A DNA stretch of 64,000 nucleotides from Oopsacas minuta (lineage: Eukaryota; Animalia; Porifera). Position 1 is the stretch's first letter. Each line of letters starts with the position of its first letter. A program made the position numbers and the translations under genes. The stretch is from NCBI GenBank assembly GCA_024704765.1, contig JAKMXF010000352.1:111072-175071 (forward strand). The letters run 5' to 3'. The notes under the pieces are model-generated. The model was given only the letters and a program-made list of their open reading frames with translations, ran no database searches and was not told the DNA's origin. Positions 12,611-25,916 of the stretch are shown here, in pieces.

Positions 12611-14460
12611 ATGGATGCGCATGAAGCAGCAAATTTAAGGTTTGGCGTTGGTGCTGTGACAAAGTGGGCAATATTAAGCTCACTTCTCATCAGCTATTCA
12701 CGGAACGGCAGATGAGTAAACAAAATTAGTTTAACACTACACGAACGTATTGAACCCCTACTATGGACTAAAATTGTCTTGGCCAAATGTCTCATGTACA
12801 GCCTGTAAACTATATTTGGCCAAGATTGCGGGTAGTTATGCCCCACAGAAATAGCCAATTGGTTATATTTGGCCCAATCTCTTGCATCAAACGCATTCAA
12901 CATGTACTCCCAGTAATCAATGCGCAATGTGTGAAGAAGCTACTAAATTTGGAAAACGTTCTGTTGCCAATTTGAAATCTCACATCCCAGACCAGGGAGA
13001 CCGATGATAAATTCTCCAGCAAAGGTTGTAAACTTTGTGGCAAATGCGTAAGTGAAATTTCGCAAGGCATATCGCAACAATGAACTAAAAGGTCTCTGAT
13101 TAACAATACACATCAAAATTAGATTACTGATATGCACTCGATCAGTATACTTGTTATAACATGTTACAACGTTTTCAAGAAGGAGGCTACATTGCATTAA
13201 GGAACAAACTCCCAAGATAGGAAGGGGTTATACCCTAATTGTCAGCGTTTCAGACTCTACATATTTTCCAACTCAATCAGAATGAAAAAGCACCGAATTG
13301 GGTTTGGCAAGATCATGCAACGTAAATCAACTGGTGAAATGTCAAACAATCAGTTATATAAGTTTCCTTCACCACGCGAGAATCTGGAATTCGTTCTCCG
13401 ACAATGGGGTATTACTATAGAAGAAGAAAGAATTTTGTATGGATATTATGGAGTGCACTTCAGTTACCCTTATCAAGGGAAAGAAAAGTATCAAAATGAT
13501 ACTAAGGATACTTTTGTGGTAGGATGTAATGACATCAATACATTGCTTCGAAGATTTTCTGGTAAAATATATGGCGATAATCTACAACAATTGAAAACTA
13601 AACTCGGCCTTGTTATGGACGAAATTTTTTCAAAACTTGTACTCAGCTTTAGGAATGAGAATTCTGCAGATAAAGAATGTACATCTTTGGGTTACCAAAG
13701 TTCCTGAAAATTGTCATACCTTTCAGGGAATTTTGAGGACAATCAAATAAGCTACTTTTGACAAACTATGATGCTATAATTACCGTTAATGGCCAAGCTG
13801 GGTTATTTCGATTGTTTTAATGGCAGGGCGGCATCCATGCATCTGGTGTATCTGGAAGAGCCACATATGTATAAACGAGACCTAGAATACATGCAGATGG
13901 TCTCTTCGACATTCAACGATGTTCGACAAACCTTCTACAGTCCACAATAAGATCCAAACACGCAAATCATTGCATGGGTGTGGAAGATTTCCCTCCATTA
14001 GGAAAATGGATGTCAGATACAATGATTAGATTCAATATTCTAGAGTTGCATCTATTGTTTGGAATGGGACAGAGTTGTATGATGCCATACTAACAACGAC
14101 GGCTGAGGTAAAGATACTCTACGCATGAATGTCTACTAAGAAGAATTACATCCAACTGCAATATGTGAACTGCTCACGATGTGTAATGAACTGGCTATTA
14201 CTCATTCAAAATCTGTCTTCACAGTCCTGAAGAAATTTAGTGACAAGGTTGCATCATGGTTCGGGAATACATTGATCAGATTCATCAATTCGAAGAGGCT
14301 ATAAATAGACAGGGCTACCATGTTCAACTAAAGTCCTTATTATTTGGCGCCACACATTGTACCTTTTGTTCAAAACTACATTCTTTCAGGAAAGAGTCTG
14401 ACAATGTCTCTGAGCAAGCTGTGGAATAATCTCACTCTAAATTTTGAAGGTATGGAGTAG
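12611..14460 (+). pseudogene. Decayed multi-zinc-finger protein with probable P-element-like (THAP9-related/unclassified) DDE transposase core
   Basis: GC-richer island. Three CxxC knuckles: CTAC (~12795), 'CAMCEEATKFGKRSVANLKSHI' (12921, BED-like) and CKLC (~13027). Then ORF 13282-13707 and frame-broken 'YDAIITVNGQAG', 'HLVY', 'MGVED..LGK', 'YDAILT..KILYA', 'ELHPT..LLTMCNE'. Family call from memory. Confidence 0.45.
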
Positions 14461-14639
14461 ATACAAAGCAATAAAGATGTCAAAATTTTCCCGAAATCTA
14501 TATAATGCAGTTTGTAGGGATAATTGGATAAACTACTCCATATCATTATCTAATATATTTGTAATTTTGTGTACTTGTTATGGTAAATACCAATAGTAAT
14601 ATTATTATCCTATATTGAAGAGATCAAATTTGTAATATA

Positions 14640-14810
14640 CAGTTTTGACACCAAATTTTTAAACGACAATTGCAAAAAAGATTTTGATGACAATAATTTA
14701 TCAAAATAGTTTCAAAATTTACAAGGATTCGGTACAAAAATGTAAATTTCGTGGGGTCAGTATTCTTTTGGCCGAGATTATGATTTCAGAGACCCGTGTT
14801 CTGGGCCCCT
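14640..14810 (-). repeat. Right arm of the inverted repeat
   Basis: Reverse complement matches 12165-12325; the outermost ~25 bp of the left terminus are not matched. Confidence 0.65.
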
Positions 14811-14929
14811 TACAAAAAGTTACTTCATATCGGATAAACTATTTATTAATGCAATTGCAAAGTAAATAATATCAGCATATGAATTATGAATAAATTAGAT
14901 TAGCTAAAAAGTATTTAAATTATTGTATT

Positions 14930-17030
14930 AGCATTGTCTACTATAATCGATTCACCTTGCCAATTCAGATTCAATGCTTAATCTTGCTAAGGAGATATTA
15001 CGATCTTGTAACATGGTACACCTGGGATAATATTTGACAAATATAAGTTTACAGAAAGATCTCTAAGCGAAGGCTGCTATTACTGGGAATGTTAGCAAAT
15101 TCGAAGAACTACGTACGCTGACATTTGGAAGGATACATTCTAATTTATACTGGTGAATTTCGTTAATTAGTTCATTATTATTCATATGCTCTTTTCCCAT
15201 TTTAGCAAGATTTATCATACTCTTAAGATGAACAATTTCTCCGCCCAATTCTTCACCATTTATGTCGTATTAGTATTTACTTTCAAGAATCTTTGAGCTT
15301 TGGAATACTCTTCTTGGCTCAAGCGAAAATATAGCCATAAAAATCCAAAGGTCTACAAATTTCATTTGCAGTATTGATTCTTCTGGACCCCTGATTACAT
15401 GATGATCATGGATCCCGAAGACAAAGGAGCAGGAGGAGCCGGCCCCCTCGTGATTTCCTTAAAACCACTATATATAATGCAGTATAACGATATATATTAC
15501 CAGCGTATTAAATAGCTCCACTTAAAAGGGTAAAAATGTGTGGTCTAGATGTGACATATTAATTAATCGGAGTCAAAATTGATGTATAATTGTAAAAACA
15601 ATACTATGTGCCTTCATAAAGAGAAATGTTTGCACACAATTACATAATGCTCCCCCACTTGGGAACTATACTCGTTCGGCGCGTATGCGATATATACAAA
15701 TCTCTGAAATTAACCGCCTCTATAGTATATTTTTCTAGTTCAATTTCACTCAGAGTTTCTTTATCATTTATCGTTTTTTCTAAATGCTTTCTTTTTCTCT
15801 TCCTTTCCAATTACATTTCAACACTAAGATTACCTGCAGCATGCAGCTTTTCAATTTGATTAAAATCAAAAGTAGTTTACCCAGGTTTACCATCAGAACC
15901 CTAATACTATGCAACTCCGCTTCAATTGTTGCATTTCTTTCTTGAATGTGATTCATACAAGCAGGAGGGTGCCAGGAAATCCCCGACAAGGTGGCTTAGG
16001 TCCCCAATGGGGGGTCTAAATTTGTGACATAAATCCTAGAATACTACACTGTTTTACCAGATACATAAATAGCCATTCAGACTTAACATTTATTTACGTT
16101 TATAATGAGATTCTACATTTGGGAAACTTTGCTATTTGATTGTAGCAGCAGTGAATTTTTGTCACTTGCTATTCAATTAAAGTAGCTTAGTGGTTCTCTG
16201 ACAGTATTGGTGATTGAGTGAAGTACATTATCAAACACATCAATGGTAAAATTGAAAGGTGGAAATACTGGCGAATATCCTTACAGAAATAAATAACTAT
16301 CGAATTCATATTCCTGTCAAATTTCTTCTAATCCATTCCCAAACGGGGGGGCTGTAGCCCCCAGCCCCCCCCCTAGCGCCACCCCTGCTTACAAGTATCA
16401 ATTGGTGTTAATATTTTGCAACACAATAATGAGATAAGGATGCGATCAAAAGATGAAACATTTTCAAAAGCTTCATTCACTTCAGCTCTTGTTTTTAGTG
16501 TCAAATTCAAGTTCAATATCTTTTCAAGTGCTTGCATAATGGCAATTTAGGTTAGTTGCGAATGGCTTAAAGCTATTTATTCTTACAGACCATCGAGTAC
16601 CTGATTGAATATGCAATGATTGAATATGACTCTGCTTAGGAAGAATTTCCCATTTTTTAGAGCTGGAACTGAATATTGTATATACTATTTGAATCGTACC
16701 AAAAAAGGTAATTGCTTAGGACAGCATTCTGCAAAATCTGTACGACATAAATTTAACGAGTGGCAACCCTGAAGGAGATAATATGTCCTGAATACACTGA
16801 AATTTACTAATTCTGAGAATCAGGTAAAAGATGGTGAACCTGGAGTCTTTGACCAATTTTTACGGTTTTCCTTCTTCACATGTTCGTTAAGAACGAGATC
16901 ACGATGAGAAAGAACTTCTACCAAACCAAGAACAAATCCATTATGACTACTACCAATGAGATGCGATGAGCCATGAAATGCCAAACCTCTTCCTCCAAAA
17001 ACAATATTATACCAATCAATCGCTGCAGAA
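14930..17030 (-). mobile_element. Degenerate hAT transposase (ZMYM1/DUF4371 type)
   Basis: In order on the minus strand: 'GLAFHGSSHLIGSSHNGFVLGLVEVL' (DUF4371), 'CHSLNL..FFGTIQIVYTIFSSSSKKWEIL', 'TRWSVR', 'IQERNATI', then dimerisation domain 'LPNV..LLTFPVIAAFA*RSF'. Confidence 0.85.
15962..16387. mobile_element. hAT-type MITE inserted in the hAT transposase relic
   Basis: Ends caggagggtgccagg / rc caggggtggcgctagg; 8-bp TSD catacaag (15954-15961) / cttacaag (16388-16395). hAT coding sequence continues on both sides. Confidence 0.8.
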
Positions 17031-17109
17031 TATTATACTACTTAGCTTCTCCAATTTTGATTTCTGCAGATAAATATTTCCATACAACGATTTGATCCGA
17101 ATCTTTGCT

Positions 17110-17225
17110 ATATATAAACTTCATTCTACAATTGGGAAATTTTGAATATTTCTGATAGACTATTTACTTCCTCAAATAATAGAATTATTCTTGATCGATC
17201 CTGTTCCATCACATTTATGTTAAAA
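17110..17225 (-). repeat. Fragment of the maT-like family at 2499-3690 (5' coding part)
   Basis: Reverse complement aligns with ~2655-2770 (caggatcga..aattattctattatttgaggaag..tcagaa.tattcaaaat..ttcccaat.gtagaa). Confidence 0.7.
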
Positions 17226-19596
17226 ATATTGACACGGAAGAACAATTATTACAAACAACATGTTGAAACCTAAAGATATAAATTACGATAGCACGATATT
17301 TTGACACAGCACTGTATATTTAATTATCTCAAATTCTTGATATCCACATATGAGATACCTTCGCGTACCACAGTTTGAGAATCACTGTGTTAGAGGCCAA
17401 ATCAAGGAACGTGTTGGCAATTTATGGTCCCTACATATCCACTCACAGCCCCACAAACATTTCATCCATTCTACTGATATTAAACACCCTAGGGCATTAA
17501 ACGTCCTCATTTAAAGGATCTAGATCCCGACCACGATATAATAGGTAAACTATGGGACGATCATATTCTAGTTGTTTGCGAAAATTATGATAGTTTTCGA
17601 TGTAGATTATATTCGGCTGTGTTTGAATTTATGTATTCATCATGTCTGTGTACGCGGAGATCCTAAAGTATACCGGAGTGGTATAGGTTCTTAAGAGTAT
17701 GAAGACAGCTGTTATAACAGATTTAGAAAATTCAAAATTTCTAAACACAAAGTACATCCATCAAATTAAACTGTAGACATATCATGTAATGTAACCTTGT
17801 TTTAATGAACAGCCACTCACCATGTATTGTTGTCCTCATTATCCTGAATAATACAAATTGAATAACTTTGTTTGGACTGATTTGATCTAAATATATGTTT
17901 CTTTGATCCTGAATATGTATTTATCCGTGTTCATATTAACGAGATCCCACTGTTATTTATTCTTGATATACGATATATAGTTTTTCTTTTGTTTGATGAT
18001 TTTAATCCGAGAACAATAATTGATAATATTCAGCTATATGAAAATAATGTGTATCTGGATTAGTGGAGCGGCACTTTGATGGGCAGGGATTCTTCTGAAC
18101 TGGACATTTTGAAATAAACATAGTCGAAGTTAGGTATCATTTGTTGGTAATAATAAGCGAATACAGTTGATTACCCGTAAGTAACCACCAAGGCGTGATT
18201 TTTGGCTTACAGGAGTATTTCGGCCTGGCTCAGAGTAGTTCAAGTCTTAGACGAAAATACAATCCTCGAAAAAATTATTATGTAATCCAATGATGAAATC
18301 TACCAAATAATGAAATTTTCAGTTCGGTCGACACCAGGGCTCTCAACCCGGAAACTATATTAACAATGTGAGATTAGTGAAAAATCAACGAGTCTGTCTT
18401 GAGATGTACAATTAGTATTACTTTTGAAAAGACCCAACTCTGTATTCTAGGGTAACTTTGATGCGAAATCATTAAAGTTGAGAGCCCAATCGACACGAGC
18501 ATCCCTGGTCCAAATCAATAATTAGTCAGACTAGCCATTGAATAGTCGGAATTTAAGTGGAAAGGGGCTCGATGTTTATGAACAAACGAATCGATTCGAA
18601 ATAGCACTGTATTCATCATATCATCAAATCTAAAATACGAAATTTCTTTCGGAATGAACAAGTATAGACCTTGGTTGTTGTTATGGGGTAAATAGTAGAT
18701 TTCCTGTACAGTTTAATTTCATTTTTTGAACTTTACACTAAGAAGGCAGCAATTACATGAATGCTTTTTGGTACATTTACGTATACTATGAAAAGGGCAT
18801 TAACCTAGCTAATCGGATAAATATATAATAGTACAGTACCGTTGTATGTCCAGAATTGAGGTAACGGACTTAAAGGCGATACGGACGACTCGTCACATGG
18901 ACACTTAGCGACGAACAGTTCGCTAATTGGACACTTGGCTACAAGGATTTAGCTAAACTGAGACTTTGCTACAGACAGTTCGAAACACTTTCACCTCGCT
19001 AAATACAGAAAATTGATTAGGGACCAGACCGAGCCATACCCTTCGAACATGAACTTATCGAACGTTGTTATTTGCGAATAGATAGGGGTTGTTACAAAAC
19101 TCCATCCCATCTTTTGAATAAATTGAATTGAAATTATTCAGATGATATCAATAATCTATTACTATAAAAAAGCAATTAGTCTGTATATGTGTATATATTA
19201 AGGTCAATCAATTGCTTCATATATTGTAAACAACATTTTGCTAAGGTCGCCCATACTATATATTATATATCCAAAACATTCACACATACAATTTCATTGA
19301 AAGCAAAAAGGATATAGGAGTGAGCAATTCTATTATTACAAAGTACAAATTTCAATGAGATTTTCTGGTTTTCAGGAAAGGTTTCTGAAAAGTGTACTTA
19401 AGATAGCTCTAGAGTATTTCACCTTAGATTAGGCTATTAGGGTAATCTGGGAGCTATTTGTATCCACAAGGAACAAATTTTAATTATCTAAGTTGCACTG
19501 TTTCAGAAATATTTTAGCATTAGATTTTGGATTGCCAAATACGATTCTATTTGCAAGTATCATTTTGTTTCCATTTAACTAACAAGTGATAATCTA

Positions 19597-19839
19597 CACT
19601 CCCTGGCCAAATGTATTGGAAAATCATAACTCTATTGATACAAGTGACACATAGTAAGAATAAATTGAATATTCTGTTCATTTTGCAGAAATTATGAACT
19701 AGCCTTTTCTAATTGAAAAGGATTAAATGAATTCCGCAAATGTTTGAAATTTCTTTAGCTTGTGAAAGTAAAGTATGAAGCATATTTGTGCCATGTGCCA
19801 ATTATGGCAAGGTATTCTAATACATTTTGCCAGGGAGTG
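19597..19839. mobile_element. Tc1-type MITE (243 bp)
   Basis: TIRs cactccctggccaaatgta / rc cactccctggcaaaatgta; TA on both flanks. Confidence 0.85.
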
Positions 19840-20379
19840 TATACACTATAAATCTGATTTATGGCAGATACAAACCGATACAAATAAACCAAATATATGA
19901 TAATAGTTTCCAGTCCTATCAGACTTGAATTTTTCGATAATAATGAGCTAAGTGTTGTCTGCAATATAAGTGACAACTGATGCACTCCAGTATGTAAATA
20001 TTTATTATATGTTTATATGTCCAGAATTGATTTTGAAGAAACTGGAAACTAGCAGTGCAGATTGTTGGCATACATGGTTATTAGGGCCTGGCTCGGACAA
20101 GTTCGAATCATGGAAAAAATTCACTCCTATGACGAAATTATACCAAAATTTTCCAAAATTCAATATTCTATCGTAAATTTGATATTAATCAAGGCACATA
20201 GTATGCAGTTAAACATGCAACAGTCGTACAATCACCATATTTAATTTGCGGTGCATATTTTGACTTTTTCAAATGGTCCATATGTATTTACTATCCAGTT
20301 ATTGTAATAGTCAAACATCTTCAAAATATAACCACAACATTTAGGCCAATAAAACATTTTAATGTTATAAGGACAACAC

Positions 20380-20940
20380 CTGCATAAGTTCGCCACCTAG
20401 AATTGAGTCAACTTAGTAATTGTTCATTGTTAAGCCTATTTATTGCAGCGCTACTATTTCTACTTTGATTCATTCTAATATCTGTCATGATTTTATGCCT
20501 GTGATACAAGTTTCTAAACGCGATCTAAAACGACAAGATATATATCTCTGAAATTGAGAGAAGCACCAGGTCAGGCAGGATGAAACAAATGATGAGCAAC
20601 TCCCCACATGCAACAGATGGGTAATCGCAGATTGTTGTGGCTCTGAGTTCAGACCCCGAAAATCAAAGGAAAGCGTCTCCAAGAGCAGTAAGAGCGAAAT
20701 TAATGCGCTTTGAACAAGGAGACCCCAACCAGGAGGAAGCCAACTCAAACAGATGATTTTTGGCAAGATAAATCATCTGAAAGCTGTAACTCCTAGGAAG
20801 ATTGCTCGATGACTTGATGTGAGTGAATGCTCAGCTACTCAGCTATTCTATGAGGACGATGGAAGACCGTGCTGTCCATCTTCAGGATAAACGCGAGCGT
20901 TAGGCCTCTGTGGAAGCATCTTTGAGGGTAAACATGTCAG
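20380..20940 (+). mobile_element. Probable 5' fragment of a Tc1/mariner element
   Basis: gcataagttcgccac resembles the TIR core of the 2499-3690 element; the broken frame contains HTH-like 'TPRKIAR*LDVSECS'. Confidence 0.4.
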
Positions 20941-23900
20941 TAAAAGAAAGGATTACAGAGATAAGTTGCATTCAAATCAGGTATCTACCGAATATCTTAT
21001 AATTTTACCAAATCTCAAATATCTTGTGATATTCCAGATAGATAAGTGAATGAACATTCATGTGCCAGTTCTAGTTTAAGCCACTCTGCGACTCTGGGAT
21101 AATTCTGGCATGTAACTATGAATACATTGTTAATTAAGTGGCCAATAAATCAAAAAGTTTTAGCATCAAGTATATAAATCTAATACACAAATAGCGGTTC
21201 ATTGTATTATCATGAGACGTGATCTTGAGTGATAAAATAATCAAACAAATAAAACATATGTAAATTATTGACTACTTAAAGATAAGTGTACAAAGCTATA
21301 TATAGTAGAAAATTACCGATAAACGTGCGTTCCGGGGAAACTCATCTAAAGTAGTTTCTATAAAAAAAAATTGTCATGATAAAGTTAGTACGTGAGTGAG
21401 TGGACGGTAGAGACCATGGTGACACATGTTTGGTCAATATCCACTTGAAATTAGATAATCTTTGAAATTGTGGTGAAATCTGGAAAACCAATATATTGTA
21501 CATTCCCAAATTCCCATGCACCATATGTTTGCTATTGCTATTTGATCATAATTTCAACGATCGTTGAGTTTTAAGTGAAGATTAATCAAACTAGTATCAT
21601 CCATGGTCCCTATAGTAAGCTAGAATTGTGCCAAATTATCATGACGAAAAGTGTTTGGATTTTGTGTAGAAACTGTCTAGATCACTTAGAATTTATAACA
21701 TTTGATTAAGAACAATATATATTATTCAAATAGCTTCAATGATAGATCAATATATAAGCAATAAATTTCAATAAATAATTGCTTACAATTAAAGAGAAAT
21801 GGTAAAATTCGAAAATGATTGACAATATATATTCCATAAATATATTCAAGCAAATTCAAGTGAAATTACACATTTCATATTTCTAAAGATAACAGATGTC
21901 GAAATTTAAGGATACTGCAAAATATTTGAAAGATGTGAACATAGCAAAACTTAAAATCCAAAAAATAATTCCGATCAAGCAATATTACCTTGGACTGGGT
22001 AAATATGAGTCTAGCATAAGAGAATTACGAGAAATAAATAAGTACACAACAAAGGTAACATCTAGGTGGCCGTTTGCTCCTCTAGGCACATGATTTCTTG
22101 ACGAGAAAATATTTAGTAGCGTGAAAATTGAGCATCCTTCCCTATGTCATAGTACTCATTTTCTGAGTCAGGAGGATGAAAAATAGGAGAAGTGATAAAT
22201 GTGTGCTCGGAAAATCCTGAATACCCCACTGTACACATCAATGCATTCGTCCTAGGCAAACTTTACCATAACGAAGTAGTATTGGACGGAATTATGCCAA
22301 AACTAGAGTTCGTATGCAAATCCTGTTACAAATATGACCTGTGATTTATTGAAAATATTACTCTAATGACTACTAAAAAGTGTAAAGTATATAATAGATT
22401 TAGTGATAACGCTGGGAGTAGAGATATTTGGGCCAAAATATCAATATAACAAATATACAACCACATCCAATAAATTTTGAATGGGTGACGTATACGGAGG
22501 CAAGAATAAACTAACATGAATATCAATATATCAAATATTTCACTATATCCATTATGTACTGTATTCCATTTATTGAAATTTTTGGAGCCACTTTAAAGTG
22601 CCAATATATAGTGACACTTGTGGGCACATTATAATACATATAATCATTCAGTTTAAATCGAAATGAAAAGCTATTGGATAATCACCACTTAAGGGACCAT
22701 ACTCAAAGTACCATGTAGCAATGCTTCTGTATAGCGAAGTGAACAGCGTAGTCACCTATCCGTGTAGAGAATTGTACGTGTTGTGAAATGTTTGTAGCGA
22801 ACTGAAAATGTCTGAACAGAAAGAGCCAAGGTTGATTTTGTATTTTAGTCACTTTGAATATCTGTAAAGCCCCCACAAAGATGCGCAAAAATATTCTAAG
22901 TAGTATATTCCAATGTTCGCTTTCTGTTGCTAGGAAAGGATGAACAGAAACTGAAAAGTTCAAAGAAGTGAAGCGTAAACTTAAGCAACAGCGCACAAGG
23001 TTAGAACCAGTTTAAGATATCATCAGATTAGTTGGCGAACATATACGCTCTCCTTCAATCACTATTGCATCTCTTGAATTGCAACTCATGGCAAAGAAGA
23101 GGGCGATCGCTCATTCGTTGGTCATCAAACCAAAATTGGTTATGAAGGAAACTTCAATAATCGAATAACAAAATATATACCAGTTGGTAAATCTGTATTC
23201 ATTTTTACCTTTCGGAAATAGATAGGAGAATATATACTCACCTATGAAAGTTATTGCTTCCGAATGTTGTCAATTTTTTTGCATAGACATATGTTGCACA
23301 TAATATTGAAGTGCGGTTAGCAGAAAAGCAGGGTATTGTGAATATAACTAATCATGTTAATTCCTTGCTTAGTTCTATATGCATTATTAAATGCTATAAT
23401 GTTAATATATAGCATAAATAATACAAAATATAAATACAACAAATTTATCTATTGTCATGATAAAGTCATAATTTTCCAAAAGATTAAGCCCTCAAAAATT
23501 GTTTTCAACAACTGGAATCAATTTAAATAATACATTATAGGTCAATAATACAATATATATGTCTAACAGCAATAGATATCTCTTCCCTGCCAACTGGCAT
23601 TATAAACAAGTAGGTACAAATTTACAAAGTAAAATTGAAGTTTCCAAATAATGATCTTTTTTGGACTGAATTTTCGATCCAGACAAAAGGTAAAGATCTT
23701 GCAGTTTTCGAAATTGTTTGTAACAATTTCATGATTCGAAATAGTATAGCTATTGCAGTGTACATATATGAACTATTGGTGTACATGCATATGCAAAAGT
23801 GTACATGCATATGCACAAGTGTACATGTAAGTACACTAATAGGTTGGTGCATATGCACTTTATGAATTATATAGGCTACAAGAAACTATGCTAAACGCAA

Positions 23901-25029
23901 TTTAGTTTATTTTGAATGTAAATAGGTGCTTAAGAATAATTAACTAGGTATTGTAAATTCCTTATGTTTCCAGTTTTATATAACATTTGATCATAATTAA
24001 TCAGTTACAATTGTAATAATGAAATCAATCTGATATTAAATGATGCAAAATATTATTATAAGAAAGAATGCATTATTATTTCTAAAAGTGAAGTGTAATT
24101 TTTGACTACGTAGATCACATCACCTCAAAAATAATACAGTGGTTAAGAGATATAGTGATCATTGCTAACATGAACATACTTGGGCAAAGGGTATGTTATT
24201 ATATCCAGTATGAACTTATAACCGATGTTAATATACGGAATGCACACTGTAGCTAGATCAATGCTGTGGAAGGGTGATGTTTGTGGTATCATTGTAGGAA
24301 AATAATCAGCCTCATGGTCAGGAGCGAAGCGGTATTTTGCATAATTTGTGAAATTTTTGAATAATGGAATTAGAAAAATTGGTTAGCAATTACATTACAT
24401 AAAGTTTGATTGTACTTGCATATATCTATTTCTATATAATAGTACTCACAATATCACTTTGACCAATAATTGTTGACAATTTGAGGTATTTCAAATTCGA
24501 TGTCGAATTGATTGAAATATTGGCGGCTCTTAAGAAGACACCAAATTATTCCGGATGAGATTTTTGCACTCCTTTCCAATTAGAATTGTGCATTCTGTCT
24601 GGGTGAATGTAGTATATCTTAACACCTACCTTATAATTATGCGATAAGTATTTCATGATAATAGACAATTGAAATTTTTTCGGTTTTCTCGATTATAATT
24701 AAAATAATCACATTCTTCTGGTCTCCATTAAAAGGATAGGTTTGCAAGTACACATTAGATTGATTGTACATAAATAACCATTTTCCAAGAACTATGACAA
24801 AAATATGACGAAAATATACATAGTTCTCAACACAAATTCACCCACTGCAAGGAAAGGATCGCTGATTTTATAAATACCATTATATATCGAACAAAACTAT
24901 AGATTCGAGGCAAGAAGCGTGGTGATTTGGAAAGTTCGATGATTTGTCGACAGAAAATGGCCATACTTGAGCCACGAAGGACCAAAATCCTGGCAAAACT
25001 ACGGAACGTGGTTGCCATGGTGCGTCTGA

Positions 25030-25400
25030 CAGGCTTCATTACGTTTGTCAATCCTGTTTAAATTGACTCTTTTCCAAGGTTATAAACAAATAATCGACAC
25101 AACTACTTACAAAATTAGGTAGGATCGAGCTTTGAAACAATATCAGTAGATTCAGGTTTGAGATATCTGACCCTAATAAGCCGCAAGTAATATGTAACAG
25201 CTGTCAAACTCGCCCTAACTAGACAAAGGAAAATGAATGTGGGGAAAAGAAAAAAGATCGTACTGATATAGAGGTTTTACCAATGATTGAAGATCAGTAT
25301 CTTACTCGCGGGACAGTTGGGTACAGACCAGAAAGTCGTTGTCATGTGTGCCAGATTAATGCTCATGTCTCAATAATTTCCTGGTGACACTAAAATGCTA
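25030..25400 (+). pseudogene. Chapaev-like transposase N-terminal Zn-binding fragment
   Basis: Broken frame with 'VCQSC', 'DPNKPQVICNSC', 'LTR', 'CHVCQI' in the spacing remembered for Chapaev/RAG1-N-terminal cysteine clusters. Confidence 0.4.
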
Positions 25401-25916
25401 TGACCCACGACTTGGAAGACCCATATTACAGTCACCTTGTAAACCCAGGTGAGTAGATGTGGAATATATTTAGATAATCATGATAACGGACTTGGTAATA
25501 ATATTTTCAAGAATCTCCAGAGATCTTTAGAAGCGGGAAAACATTTATCGGAAAGTGTTGAAGCTCAAAGCTTCATATAATCTAGCATCAAATTATAATA
25601 AAGATATCATTGAAAAAAGAATAATTGAACGTATTCTTACAAGTTTGTCGGTTTAACCCAACAACACTAGGGCATATTATATTAATCAAATATCGTTGAA
25701 AAAGAGTTATTGAACGAAGTGGTTATACACATTGACAGTAAATCTCTGGTTAATTGTCATTTCATTCGAAAGTATAAATTGAAATGGAAAGTTATCAAGA
25801 GATTAGCAGTCCCAAAATCCCAAATTAAAGAAGTCCTCATATGATAATCAGAAAATATACCAACAATTCAAATTATCAATAAATACTGTGTTATCTAATG
25901 TCAAGTTCGCAAATTA

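Noticed and set aside
12694-13215. Minus-strand ORFs as a divergent second gene
   Set aside because: They overlap the plus-strand zinc-finger frames and look like antisense shadows.
13725-13760. 'EDNQI' resembling mononegaviral polymerase GDNQ
   Set aside because: Isolated match; the other polymerase motifs are absent or in the wrong order.
13760-14010. Endogenous negative-strand RNA virus nucleoprotein (borna/chu-like spacing 'GQ..P..VS..IR..A..FPPL')
   Set aside because: Needs two hand-picked frameshifts; the upstream zinc knuckles and downstream LHP/TCN motifs fit a transposase better. A profile search would settle it.
18880-19000. Spaced ggacactt/acagttcg repeats as a CRISPR-like array
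   Set aside because: Few, irregular and degenerate units in eukaryotic DNA with no cas genes; typical MITE subterminal repeats.
21270-21540. Possible host exon ('YGAWEFGNVQYIGFPDF')
   Set aside because: In-frame stops nearby, no convincing splice pair, no family match.
22690-22800. hAT dimerisation-like 'VPCSNASV*R' (similar trace at ~29420-29480)
   Set aside because: Too short and degraded to delimit as a feature.
23755-23865. gtgtacatgcatatgca repeats and overlapping ORFs
   Set aside because: Short minisatellite; the ORFs are low-complexity artefacts.
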